NCBI GenBank assembly: GCA_963665145.1
Contig: OY762064.1
Location: forward strand, 2,790,382 to 2,854,381
DNA: 64,000 bases
From: Gammaproteobacteria bacterium
GTDB lineage: Bacteria > Pseudomonadota > Gammaproteobacteria > Steroidobacterales > Foliamicaceae
Direction of reading: 5' to 3'
Shown here: one piece after another, positions 38,056 to 47,744 of the stretch
Layout: every line of letters begins with the position of its first letter
Position numbering within the stretch: position 1 is the stretch's first letter
Position numbers and translations under genes: made by a program
The notes under the pieces: generated by a model
The model's input: only the letters and a program-made list of their open reading frames with translations
Told to the model about the DNA's origin: nothing
The model's database searches: none

Positions 38056-39333
38056 TCAGAGAATCCCGCGAATGATCGTGTTGGGGATGAAGGCATCATC
38101 GAAGCCCTTGTCGCGCGGCGGCGGATAGCCCATCCGAAGCACGATCAGGTCAAGCTTGGGGCTGATCCACACCCGCACCTTGCCGCCGCCGTCCAGGTAG
38201 AAGAGATCGTCGGCGACGAAGGGCTCGGAGTGATAATTGGCAAAGTTTGGAGGCATGCTCGGGTAGTAAGGGCGCCGCTCCATGAAGACAGCGTCGGTCC
38301 AGATCTGAAAGCCGTAGTTCGGGTTGGTTTCCGAACCGGTGAGCATCTCATCTACCCAGCCATCCGGCAATAGCCGGGTGCCGTCGGGCAGCTGCCCATC
38401 GCTCATCAGCAGATGGGCCACCCGCATCCAGTCCGCCGGAGCCGAGAGAAAGCAGCAATATGTGACGACATTGCCTTCAACACCGTCCAGGCGCATGGCG
38501 CCGCGCTGGGCGCCCATGGGCCGCCAGAGCTTCTCCCCGAGGTAGTGCGCGAAGTTCCTGCCGGTGGCCCGTTGAATGATCATTCCGGCAAGTTGGGTGT
38601 TGGGGTTGTTATGGGCAAACGTGGCGCCGGGTTCGTTGGCCAGTTCGAACGAAAGCACTGTTCCGTTGATGTCCGACCCTTCCACCAGCTGCATGCTCTT
38701 CGCGTAGGGCTGCGGCCCCTGGCCGCGTCGACCGAAGGGAAGTTCCAGCCCGGTCGTGTTGTGGAGCACCTGGCGAACCGTGATCTTGCCGCGGGGATCG
38801 CCTTTCCACTCATGGATGTACTTTTCCGCCGGATCATCGAGACTCTCGATGTCGCCGTCGGCCAGGGCGAAACCCGCGACGATCCCGTGCAATGTCTTCA
38901 CCCAGGAATGGGAGCTGATGGCGGAGGTCGCGTGAAAGCCCTCCATGAAAGCCGTGTGACGGATCTTGCCGCGGTGATAGATCATGAAGGCCTGCGTTTC
39001 GCGCTCCATGGCGTAGCTTTCAGCGGCGGCGACCGCCTCGGGATCGATGGTTGCCGGCTCGCTCGGGTCCGCAGCTGGGAAGAACGGCTGCGAATTGCCC
39101 CCATCGACCAGGATCATGGGGTTGTACCAGGTCTGTGGCTGGCGGAAAGCGGTCTGGTCCGGCTGGTCGCGCCAGCGCCGCCAGAATTGAAAGTCCTGCG
39201 CCTCCACCTCGTTGACCCAGTCCATCTTTGCCTGAATCTCCTCGGGCGTCATGGTGGTATTCGGCTGGGCCTGGGCAGCCGAGCAGCAAACGGCAAGAAA
39301 GGTTGCTGTAGCAATACGGGTTGCAGTCTTCAT
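38056..39333 (-). CDS. Secreted serine hydrolase, beta-lactamase/NylB-like fold
   Basis: Signal peptide from MKTATRIAT. SWVK (SxxK), ITVRQVL and LWRPMG motifs. Confidence 0.85.
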   Translation of the reverse strand: MKTATRIATATFLAVCCSAAQAQPNTTMTPEEIQAKMDWVNEVEAQDFQFWRRWRDQPDQTAFRQPQTWYNPMILVDGGNSQPFFPAADPSEPATIDPEAVAAAESYAMERETQAFMIYHRGKIRHTAFMEGFHATSAISSHSWVKTLHGIVAGFALADGDIESLDDPAEKYIHEWKGDPRGKITVRQVLHNTTGLELPFGRRGQGPQPYAKSMQLVEGSDINGTVLSFELANEPGATFAHNNPNTQLAGMIIQRATGRNFAHYLGEKLWRPMGAQRGAMRLDGVEGNVVTYCCFLSAPADWMRVAHLLMSDGQLPDGTRLLPDGWVDEMLTGSETNPNYGFQIWTDAVFMERRPYYPSMPPNFANYHSEPFVADDLFYLDGGGKVRVWISPKLDLIVLRMGYPPPRDKGFDDAFIPNTIIRGIL

Positions 39334-39355
39334 GATCCGGGCCTCCTTTTCGGCC

Positions 39356-40540
39356 TCAGCGGAGTCCGGCCAGCAGCAGGTTCGGGAGACGCGCATCGTC
39401 CCAGTCCTGCGCCAGTGAGCCGGTGCGCACGATCACCATGTCGGCGCTGGGAATGATATATACGCGCTGTCCGCCGAATCCGTCGAAGTAAGCCACATCG
39501 TCTGCGGCGAAGGGCTCGGAGTGGTAGCCGCGCAGCGAGGCCTTTGAGTTGTAGACGCGCTGCTCCACATACTCGTTGCCCAGCCAGGTGAGAAAGCCGT
39601 AATTCGGATTGGTGGGCGCGGGCCGGCGGACTTCGGCGATCCACTCTTCGGGCAGGACCTGCCGGCCATCTGCATGACCTTCATGCAGATGCAGCAGCCC
39701 CAGGCGCAACCAGCCGCGGGCCGTAACGTCAAGGCAGCAGTAGCTGCGCGCCATGCCGCCCTCGGAGTCCATCTGCACCCAGGCGTCGCCTGCGCCCATT
39801 GGCTTCCACAGCGCTTCGGAGAAATAGTCGGCATAGCTGCGGCCGGTTGCGTTTTCGATCACCAGGCCGAGCACCAGCGGATTGATGCTGTTGTACTCGA
39901 AATGAAGGGCAGGAGGCTCCACGGCCATCTGCTCAAACGTAATCGGGCGCATGTCCTGGCCCACCAGCAGGCCCATCATCGGCCCGAGGCTGCCGAAGGC
40001 AAAGGTTGGAAAGTCGATGCCGCTGCTCTGCCAGAGCAGCTGACGAAGCGTAATCGTGGAACGCTCGTCGCCGGCCCACTCCGGCAAGTAGCGGCTTGCC
40101 GGATCGTCTACCGATTCGATATGCCCTTGTGCGATGGCGGCGCCCACCACAAGAGCCAGGACGGACTTGTGCATGGATTGCGTTGAAGTCAGTGTGTTCT
40201 CGTCGGCTTCCTCGTAATAGTGTTCCAGTTCGATACCGCTGCCGCGCCAGACGATCAGTGCGTCGGAGCCGGTCTCCGCGCCATAGGCCAGCGCGGCTTC
40301 CAGGCTCGCTATCGTCAGGCCGCGGTCTCCGAGAGACACCTTGGGCAGCGGTATCTCCGGGCTGCCGGCCACCAACTGCATGTGACCGGGGCGTTTTCCT
40401 GCGAACTGGCCAAAGAACCGGGCGGTCTCGGTGGGTTTGGCGGCGAAGAACCCCAGCGCGATGAGCAGGACCAGCCCCACGATTCCACCCACCGCCCAGG
40501 CGATGACCAGCCCGAATATGCGCAACAATTTCTTCACCAA
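39356..40540 (-). CDS. Serine hydrolase, beta-lactamase/NylB-like fold, membrane anchored
   Basis: SMHK (SxxK), FEYNS and DGFGGQ motifs. Confidence 0.85.
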   Translation of the reverse strand: MVKKLLRIFGLVIAWAVGGIVGLVLLIALGFFAAKPTETARFFGQFAGKRPGHMQLVAGSPEIPLPKVSLGDRGLTIASLEAALAYGAETGSDALIVWRGSGIELEHYYEEADENTLTSTQSMHKSVLALVVGAAIAQGHIESVDDPASRYLPEWAGDERSTITLRQLLWQSSGIDFPTFAFGSLGPMMGLLVGQDMRPITFEQMAVEPPALHFEYNSINPLVLGLVIENATGRSYADYFSEALWKPMGAGDAWVQMDSEGGMARSYCCLDVTARGWLRLGLLHLHEGHADGRQVLPEEWIAEVRRPAPTNPNYGFLTWLGNEYVEQRVYNSKASLRGYHSEPFAADDVAYFDGFGGQRVYIIPSADMVIVRTGSLAQDWDDARLPNLLLAGLR

Positions 40541-40680
40541 AGAAGTTCCCGACCCCGGTCGAAGGCGTAATCATATCCGCGCCGGCCGGTTTCTCCGGTT
40601 GCTGGGCGCCCAACGGGCTGTGGGCACCCTGGGCCTTGCGAGCGGGCTAGAATTCGCGGATAAGCCGAAAGCGCAAGAAG

Positions 40681-42015
40681 ATGATGGCCCGCAGTTCATA
40701 CGCAAACAACCCCGAAGCGCTGCGCGCGCTGGTGCGCCCGGATGCGGTCCACCGGGACCTCTATGTCTCGGAGGAGCTTTACGAACTCGAACTGCGTCGC
40801 CTGTGGCGCAACACCTGGATCTACATGGGCCACGACAGCCAGGTCCCCAGGCCCGGCGATTTCCATACGGCGGAAATCGCCGGGTCGCCGCTGGTCATGC
40901 TGCGCGGCCGCGATGCGCAAGTGCGGGTTTTTCTGAACCGTTGCGCGCACAAGGGCACTCGGGTGGTCAGCGCAGTGGAAGGCAACTGCGGAAGCACGCT
41001 GCGTTGCCCCTATCACGGCTGGACCTATCGCCTCGACGGCAGTTTGCGGACCGTGCCGCTGAAGGGCGGCTACGAGGGAACGGAAATATCCGATACGGCG
41101 CATTGGAAAGGGCTCGCGCAGGTGCCATGCGTGGAGATTTATCGCGGCTTTGTGTTCGTACGGCTCAGCAACGAGGGTCCTGGTTTTCGCGAGTATTTCG
41201 GCGACTCCCTGAGTTCCATCGACAACATGGCCGACCGTTCGCCGGAGGGCCGGCTGGAGGTGGCCGGCGGCGTGCTGCGCTACTACCACGACTGCAACTG
41301 GAAGATGTTCGTGGAGAACCTTAACGATGCCATGCACCCGATGGTGGCGCACCAGTCCTCAGCCGGCATTGCCAAGCGGCTCTGGGACGAGGAAGGCGAC
41401 GACGGTATCCCGCCGATGGTCGTGCAACAGTTCGCGCCGTTCGTCAACGACTACGACTTCTTCGACAAGATGGGCGTGAAGATCTACGAGAACGGCCATT
41501 CGTACACGGGCGTGAAGTTCTCGATCCACTCAAAATACTCCGCGGTGCCGGAATATGAGCAGCAGATGTTCGAGGCCTACGGCGAAGAGCGTGCCAAGGC
41601 CATCCTGGGCGAGAACCGGCACAACACCGTCTACTTCCCCAGCCTGACCATCAAGGGGGCGATCCAGGCGATTCGCGTGGCGCGGCCGCTGGCGGCCAAC
41701 AAGACGGTGCTGGAGAGCTGGACCTTCCGACTGGCGGGCGCCCCGGAGGAGCTGCTCAAGCGAACCATGACCTATTCGCGGTTGATCAATGCGCCCACTT
41801 CGGTCGTGGGGCACGACGACCTGCACTGCTACAGCGAGATCCAGCAGGGTCTGCATGCGCAAGGCAACGAGTGGGTGAGCCTGCACCGCAACCACGATGC
41901 CGCCGAGCAGGAGGGCATCGCCGGCGTCTACAACGGCACCAGTGAAGTCTCGATGCGCGGGCAGATGCGTGCCTGGCTGAAGTACATGATTCCTCGCGAC
42001 GAGGTGTCGCGGTGA
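40681..42015 (+). CDS. Rieske ring-hydroxylating oxygenase alpha subunit (IadD-like)
   Basis: NRCAHKG...CPYHGW Rieske ligands. NWKMFVEN..DAMHPMVAH and HDD mononuclear iron ligands. Confidence 0.92.
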   Translation: MMARSSYANNPEALRALVRPDAVHRDLYVSEELYELELRRLWRNTWIYMGHDSQVPRPGDFHTAEIAGSPLVMLRGRDAQVRVFLNRCAHKGTRVVSAVEGNCGSTLRCPYHGWTYRLDGSLRTVPLKGGYEGTEISDTAHWKGLAQVPCVEIYRGFVFVRLSNEGPGFREYFGDSLSSIDNMADRSPEGRLEVAGGVLRYYHDCNWKMFVENLNDAMHPMVAHQSSAGIAKRLWDEEGDDGIPPMVVQQFAPFVNDYDFFDKMGVKIYENGHSYTGVKFSIHSKYSAVPEYEQQMFEAYGEERAKAILGENRHNTVYFPSLTIKGAIQAIRVARPLAANKTVLESWTFRLAGAPEELLKRTMTYSRLINAPTSVVGHDDLHCYSEIQQGLHAQGNEWVSLHRNHDAAEQEGIAGVYNGTSEVSMRGQMRAWLKYMIPRDEVSR

Positions 42016-44285
42016 TCGACGTGGTTGCTACGGCGCGCGTCCCGAGAGTCTGGATGCGAGGCGCAATTGGGCTGCTCGGCATAACGCTGGGATTGCTGAC
42101 AACCTCCTCCTCCTGGATGTCGCGGATGGGCGTGCACTCTGAGAGCGAAGCCGCCACACTGATGCTGCGGCACGTCGAGAAGTATCACTATTCGAATGTA
42201 AGCGTGGATAACCGTGTTTCTCTGGAAACACTGGAAAATTATCTCAAGCGTCTGGATAGTCAAAAGCTCTACTTCACGGCCGAAGACATCGATGGTTTCC
42301 GGGCGCGTTACGGACACTTGCTGGACGACGCCATCCGCCAGGGACAACTGGGTCCGGCCCGGGAGATCTTCGACCTGTACCAGCGCCGCCTGGCGGATCG
42401 CCTTAATTTCCTGCTCGGATACGTCAAGGCTCGCCCGGACCTGAATACTGCGCGGTATTGGATTCCGATCCGCTACGAGGAACCATGGCCGGCGAACCTC
42501 GCCGATCTGGAGCAGCTTTGGAAGGATCAACTGCGGCACGATTTCATCAATCTGATGCTGGAGGAGCGCAGTTACGAAGCGGCCCGCGCATTGCTGCACC
42601 ATGGTTACAACAGGCAACGGGAATTCGATCCGTTGTTTGCCGGGTCTTACTTCCAGCCGTTCATGGAATCTTTTGCCCAGGCACTCGATTCGCACTCGCA
42701 TTACAGCTCGCGCCCGTCGCCAGGCAGTGCCTTGAAAGCAAAAGGCCTGCGGGACCTGGACGGTCGTATCGGTATTACCCTGGAGGACGGGAAAAACGAG
42801 TTTGTAATAAAGGACGTGGTTCCGGGCGGCCCCGCTGCTGAGCAGGGACTGAAGCCCGGCGATCGGATAGTGGCGCTGGACGTCTATGGCGACGGCCGGC
42901 TTGAGGATGTTGAAGGGTGGAGTCCGCGTGATGTGCGCAGGCTGATCCGGGGTGCGCCCGGCACTACCCTCGTTGTGCGCGTGCTCCCTGCAGCGGGTGA
43001 GAGCGAAGCTTACGAAGCGGCGCTGCTGCGCGTAAAGGCCTCGCAACTCTACGAGCAGGCGAAGAGCCTTTCCCCGAATCTTCCGGGCTCCGGGAACCAG
43101 GCAGGCCTCCGCACCTCGGCACGATCGACGAAAAAGATCATGCACATCGACCAGGATGGCCAAACGCTGAAGATCGGGGTTATTTTCCTTCGCGGGTTCG
43201 ACCGCGGCAGCGCCCGTGATATCAAGGGTTTGCTCGGCGAGCTGCAGTCCGAGGGTGTGGACGGAATACTGCTGGACCTGCGGAACAATCCCGGCGGCAG
43301 GATGAGTGAGACGATCCGGATCATCGGATTCTTCCTTGGCAAGGGCCCGGTTGCTCAAGTGCGCGACCGTAAAGGGCGATTGAGAGTAAAGCGCAGTGCC
43401 GCAATACCGGCCATCTGGTACGGTCCGCTGGCGGTTCTGGTGAACGGTCTAAGTGGCTCAGGCTCCGAGGTATTCACTGCTGCGATACAGGACCATGGGC
43501 GCGGCCTGGTGGTGGGGCAACGCACCTTCGGAAAAAGCTCCGGGACAATTTCGTTTCCGATCAAAGTCGGAGACGGCGGCTCATTGTCGGACGCGACAAT
43601 GCATATCACCACAACCATGGTTTACCGAGCCACGGGGTACAACATTCATTTGCGCGGTATATACCCGGACATTGAACTGCCTGCCGCAGGTTTCAACTGG
43701 CTATCGTTGCTATCCCCGACCCGCAAATCCGGTTCCCTGAATCACGATCTGCCCGCCCAAGAGTCGCTTTTGTCGACCGCCGCTGATTTCAGGCCCGCCA
43801 ATGCGCCGCCGTTGCAGGTAGCGGCACTGGCTGCCAGGCATCGGCAGCGCACATCCCAGGAATTGCAATGGCGCTTGATGGAAGAGCACCCGGAGCTGAC
43901 TCCGCTGCCCGATTTTCGTTCCCCGGTGCTTCTGAATCTTGAACTGCGCCGCGAAGAACTGGCCGCGCGATGTGCCAGGGAGCTTGAACGGGCCACGGCA
44001 TGGCTCAAGAAAGAAGGCCTGGGAGCGGCAGCGATTGAACCGGCGCAGGCCGAGTACCTGCGGCAAAGAAAAGACATACTGCCTCGATGTCTCGCGTCCG
44101 GCCTGGACGAGCCCGCTTTCCTGCGCGCACTCGTCACGGCAAGAGGTTTTACGCTTCTCCCGGTCGGGCAAGGGTACGAGCTCGAGCCCTACGACCTGTC
44201 TTTGGAACAAACCGCAAGGATCGTGGCGGATATGGTCCGTTTCCGGGCAAGCGGTACTTCTGCCGCATCAGCGACCCTTCAGTAA
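42012..44285 (+). CDS. Carboxy-terminal processing protease (S41, Prc/Tsp-like)
   Basis: N-terminal hydrophobic segment. LDSQKLYF, LDSHSHY, PDZ domain (GRIGITL...PGGPA...GDRIV), DLRNNPGG, SGSGSEVF and TFGKS (Ser-Lys dyad). Confidence 0.85.
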   Translation: MIDVVATARVPRVWMRGAIGLLGITLGLLTTSSSWMSRMGVHSESEAATLMLRHVEKYHYSNVSVDNRVSLETLENYLKRLDSQKLYFTAEDIDGFRARYGHLLDDAIRQGQLGPAREIFDLYQRRLADRLNFLLGYVKARPDLNTARYWIPIRYEEPWPANLADLEQLWKDQLRHDFINLMLEERSYEAARALLHHGYNRQREFDPLFAGSYFQPFMESFAQALDSHSHYSSRPSPGSALKAKGLRDLDGRIGITLEDGKNEFVIKDVVPGGPAAEQGLKPGDRIVALDVYGDGRLEDVEGWSPRDVRRLIRGAPGTTLVVRVLPAAGESEAYEAALLRVKASQLYEQAKSLSPNLPGSGNQAGLRTSARSTKKIMHIDQDGQTLKIGVIFLRGFDRGSARDIKGLLGELQSEGVDGILLDLRNNPGGRMSETIRIIGFFLGKGPVAQVRDRKGRLRVKRSAAIPAIWYGPLAVLVNGLSGSGSEVFTAAIQDHGRGLVVGQRTFGKSSGTISFPIKVGDGGSLSDATMHITTTMVYRATGYNIHLRGIYPDIELPAAGFNWLSLLSPTRKSGSLNHDLPAQESLLSTAADFRPANAPPLQVAALAARHRQRTSQELQWRLMEEHPELTPLPDFRSPVLLNLELRREELAARCARELERATAWLKKEGLGAAAIEPAQAEYLRQRKDILPRCLASGLDEPAFLRALVTARGFTLLPVGQGYELEPYDLSLEQTARIVADMVRFRASGTSAASATLQ

Positions 44286-44372
44286 TCCGATGATTCGACA
44301 CTCCGGCATGGCCCGAGCAGGGCATTGGGTTGCAGCAGAAAGGCGGGCAGTCCACGCAGGTTTACGTGTCGG

Positions 44373-44861
44373 ATGAGCGTTATGGAGCCCGGTAAAGGAG
44401 AGTTGGAGCGGTTCGTGTACCGGGAGGCGCGGCTGATCGACGAGAAGCGGCTGGATGAGTGGTACGAGCTGTTTGCCGAGGATGCGCTGTACTGGATGCC
44501 GCTGGAGCGCGGTCAAACGGACCCGCACAGCCACACTTCGCTTTACTGCGAGGACAAGTTTCTGCTGAAGGTGCGCATCGAGCGCCTGAAGAATCCGCTC
44601 TCGCATTCTCAGCAGCAGCCGAGTTTCTGCCAGCATGTGCTGCAGCGTCCGCAAGTCGTGAACCGGGATGCCGACTCGAACGAGTGTTCGCTCAGAACGC
44701 CGTTCGTCTATCTCGAGACGCGGCGTGACGAGCAGTTCGTACTGGGTGGTGTTGCGTATCACGATCTTCGCCGGGAGGAGGGCGATCTCAGAATTGCCGT
44801 CAAACGGATCGAACTCCTGAATCGCGACGCGGCGTTGCCGTCGATACAGCTCTTCCTGTGA
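44373..44861 (+). CDS. Ring-hydroxylating oxygenase beta subunit (IadE-like)
   Basis: FVYREARLID...WYELF...YWMP, RIERL, SQQQP and KRIELLN motifs. Confidence 0.9.
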   Translation: MSVMEPGKGELERFVYREARLIDEKRLDEWYELFAEDALYWMPLERGQTDPHSHTSLYCEDKFLLKVRIERLKNPLSHSQQQPSFCQHVLQRPQVVNRDADSNECSLRTPFVYLETRRDEQFVLGGVAYHDLRREEGDLRIAVKRIELLNRDAALPSIQLFL

Positions 44862-46510
44862 GGATCCCCGCACCGGGCACTGTGGCGCAGGTCCTTGAAG
44901 AGACGGCGCGCCGAAACGGTCAGAAGCCATTTCTTCGGATCACTCGGGACACCGCCGAGCGGAGTGGAATTGAAGCAGGCGATCTGAGTTATGGCGAAGC
45001 CTGGGACCGCACAAAGGTGCTCATCGGCAAGCTGCGCCCGGTAGCTGACTCCGGCGCGTTGCGCGTGGCGCTATTGCTTGAAAACCGTCCGGAAATGTTT
45101 CTGCACTGGCTGGCGCTGAACGCATTGGGGGTGTCGGCCGCCCCGCTCAATCCGGCCTGGCGGTCCGCGGAACTGGCCTATGCGCTGGCGCACAGTGAAG
45201 CGCGCCTGGTCATCGCCTTGCCGGAAAGGGTTGCCGAACTACGCGCAGTGGTTCGCGACCAAGGGCTGGATGCGCCCGTATGCGCGCTCGGCGAAGAGCT
45301 TCCGGCGCTGTCGGCCGCGGACAGGAACACGCAGCAACCGATGGACGCCGCAGATCGGGAGTGTGCGCTTTTGTATACCTCGGGGACCACCGGGAAGCCC
45401 AAGGGCTGCATGCTCAGCAACCGCTACTTTACGATGATCGGCGACTGGTACAGCTCGCTTGGCGGACTATGCGCGCTGGACGAGGCCGGAGATTGCCTGA
45501 TAACGCCTCTACCCATGCATCACATGAACGCGATGGCCTGCTCGACCATGGTCATGCTGCAAAACGGCGGTTGCATCGTTCCGCTGGACCGGTTTCATCC
45601 GCGCAGCTGGTGGCGGGAGGTCAGGGAATCCCGCGCCACGATCGTTCATTACCTCGGCGTGATGCCGGCGATCCTCCTGAAACTGGAAGAGGAAACTCTC
45701 GAGCGAGAGCACCGGGTCCGCTTCGGGTTCGGCGCCGGCGTCGGCAGCCGCCAGCACGCACCCTTCGAGGAGCGTTTCGGGTTTCCGCTGGTGGAGGCCT
45801 GGGCGATGACCGAGACTGGCGCAAGCGCCGCAATCATCGCGAATCACGAGCCGCGCAAGCGTGGAACCGCCTGCTTCGGGAGGCCGTTGCCCGCCGTGCA
45901 GGTGCGGATCGTGGATGACGAAGGTGAAGAGGCCAAAGCGGTCCAGGCAGGCGAGTTGTGGGTGCGGCACTCGGGGGACGATCCCCGGCTCGGTTTCTTT
46001 TCCGGCTATTTCAAGGACGAGGCTGCGACGTCTGCCGCCTGGGAGGGGGGATGGTTCCACACGGGCGATATCGTTGCGCGTGACGCTGATGGCGACATGC
46101 ACTTTATCGACCGAAAAAGCAATCTCATCCGCCGCAGCGGGGAGAACATTGCCGCGGTCGAAGTCGAGGGCGTGTTGGCGGAGCATGAATCCGTCGCAGA
46201 GGCGGGTGTCGTGGCCGTGCCTGACGAAATACGCGGTGACGAAGTGTTCGCCTGTATCCGTCCTGCCGAAGGCGCTGCAAATTCCGGTGACGAAGACGCG
46301 CTGGCGGAAGTACTGGTGCAGTACTGCCTTGAGCGTTTGGCGTACTTCAAGGCGCCGGGCTACCTTTCCGTGGTCGATGCCTTGCCGCACACCACGACGG
46401 AAAAACTGGACCGGGCAGCGTTGAAGGTGTTGGCAGCGGACCTGCGGGACCGCGGAGCGTGTATTGACACACGTATTTTGAAACGCCCCGCACCCTCAAG
46501 AGCCGCATGA
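44858..46510 (+). CDS. Acyl-CoA ligase (AMP-binding, CaiC-like)
   Basis: YTSGTTGKPKG, WAMTE, WFHTGD and RRSGENI motifs. Confidence 0.9.
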   Translation: MRIPAPGTVAQVLEETARRNGQKPFLRITRDTAERSGIEAGDLSYGEAWDRTKVLIGKLRPVADSGALRVALLLENRPEMFLHWLALNALGVSAAPLNPAWRSAELAYALAHSEARLVIALPERVAELRAVVRDQGLDAPVCALGEELPALSAADRNTQQPMDAADRECALLYTSGTTGKPKGCMLSNRYFTMIGDWYSSLGGLCALDEAGDCLITPLPMHHMNAMACSTMVMLQNGGCIVPLDRFHPRSWWREVRESRATIVHYLGVMPAILLKLEEETLEREHRVRFGFGAGVGSRQHAPFEERFGFPLVEAWAMTETGASAAIIANHEPRKRGTACFGRPLPAVQVRIVDDEGEEAKAVQAGELWVRHSGDDPRLGFFSGYFKDEAATSAAWEGGWFHTGDIVARDADGDMHFIDRKSNLIRRSGENIAAVEVEGVLAEHESVAEAGVVAVPDEIRGDEVFACIRPAEGAANSGDEDALAEVLVQYCLERLAYFKAPGYLSVVDALPHTTTEKLDRAALKVLAADLRDRGACIDTRILKRPAPSRAA

Positions 46511-46520
46511 CCGGATCCCC

Positions 46521-46544
46521 GGGAAAGAGGGCATCCCGCCCTCG
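46521..46544 (+). repeat. REP-like palindrome
   Basis: gggaaagagggcatcccgccctcg. Confidence 0.6.
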
Positions 46545-46568
46545 TCGGATGTTGCACAGCGTGCGGTT

Positions 46569-47741
46569 GTGAGTGGGATGCGCCGCCATGGTTACGACGG
46601 CGTCGCACTGGCCGCTCCGGTCACCGTGCCCTACCGCCGCTACTCGACACGCGACGCGCACTGGTGGATCGCTCGCGCCCTGGCGCTGCTTTTGAAAGAC
46701 AGCAGATTGAAGAAGGACGACATCGACGGGCTGGGCATCTCCAGCTTCACTCTGGGACCCGACACTGCCGTGGGCCTTACCCAGCACCTGGGGATGTCGC
46801 TGCGTTGGCTGGACCACGTGCCCATGGGCGGCGCCTCGGGCGTGGTCTGCCTCAGAAGAGCCGCCCGCGCGGTGCAGGCTGGCGATGCGGAGATTGTTGC
46901 CTGCATTGCCGGCGATACCAATCATGTGGATACCTTCCGGCGCACGCTCTCAACCTTCAGCCGCTTCGCCCAGGACGCCGTGTACCCGTACGGCTCGGGC
47001 GGACCCAATGCCAGCTTCGCTTTCATTACCGACTGGTGGATGCGCCAGTACGGCGTGACGCGGGAGGACTTTGGCAAGCTGTGCGTGGCCCAGCGCCGCA
47101 ACGCCATGGACAACCCCCTTGCGCTGTTGCGCAAGCCACTGGATCTGGATGCGTATCTCAACGCGCGCCTCATCGCTGAGCCCTTGCATTTGTTCGACTG
47201 CGTGATGCCATGCGCGGGCGCGGACGCCTTTCTCGTGATGACCGCCGAGCGGGCGAAGGCGCTGGGCCTGGACTCCGTGCGCCTGCTGGGCGCGATCGAG
47301 CGGCACAACGCGTTTCCCGATGACCCGGTGCAAATGCATGGCGGATGGGCGCTGGACCGCGACGAACTTTGGTCGCAGGCAGGCGCGGGCCCGGGCGACA
47401 TGGATTTCCTGCAGGCCTACGACGACTACCCGGTGATCACGCTGATGCAGATTGAGGACCTCGGGTTCTGTCCGTCCGGCGAGGGCGCGGCCTTTGTTCG
47501 CGAGCACGAGTTCACTTTCGACGGCGATTGCCCGCTGAACACCTGCGGAGGCCAGCTTTCGATGGGCCAGGCCGGGGCCGCAGGCGGTTTCCTCGGTCTG
47601 GTCGAAGCGCTGCGCCAGCTCTTGGGTCGCCCGCTGGGGCAGCAGGTGGAGGATGCCGCGCGGGGCGCGGTATCGGGCTTCGGCATGATCAATTACGACC
47701 GCGGTCTGTGCAGCGCCGCCGCCATCCTGGAGCGCGCCTGA
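46569..47741 (+). CDS. Thiolase-like protein (SCP-x/Ltp2 type)
   Basis: GGASG (no nucleophilic Cys), DCVMPCAGA, YDDYP and NTCGGQLS motifs. Confidence 0.85.
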   Translation: MSGMRRHGYDGVALAAPVTVPYRRYSTRDAHWWIARALALLLKDSRLKKDDIDGLGISSFTLGPDTAVGLTQHLGMSLRWLDHVPMGGASGVVCLRRAARAVQAGDAEIVACIAGDTNHVDTFRRTLSTFSRFAQDAVYPYGSGGPNASFAFITDWWMRQYGVTREDFGKLCVAQRRNAMDNPLALLRKPLDLDAYLNARLIAEPLHLFDCVMPCAGADAFLVMTAERAKALGLDSVRLLGAIERHNAFPDDPVQMHGGWALDRDELWSQAGAGPGDMDFLQAYDDYPVITLMQIEDLGFCPSGEGAAFVREHEFTFDGDCPLNTCGGQLSMGQAGAAGGFLGLVEALRQLLGRPLGQQVEDAARGAVSGFGMINYDRGLCSAAAILERA

Positions 47742-47744
47742 GTC

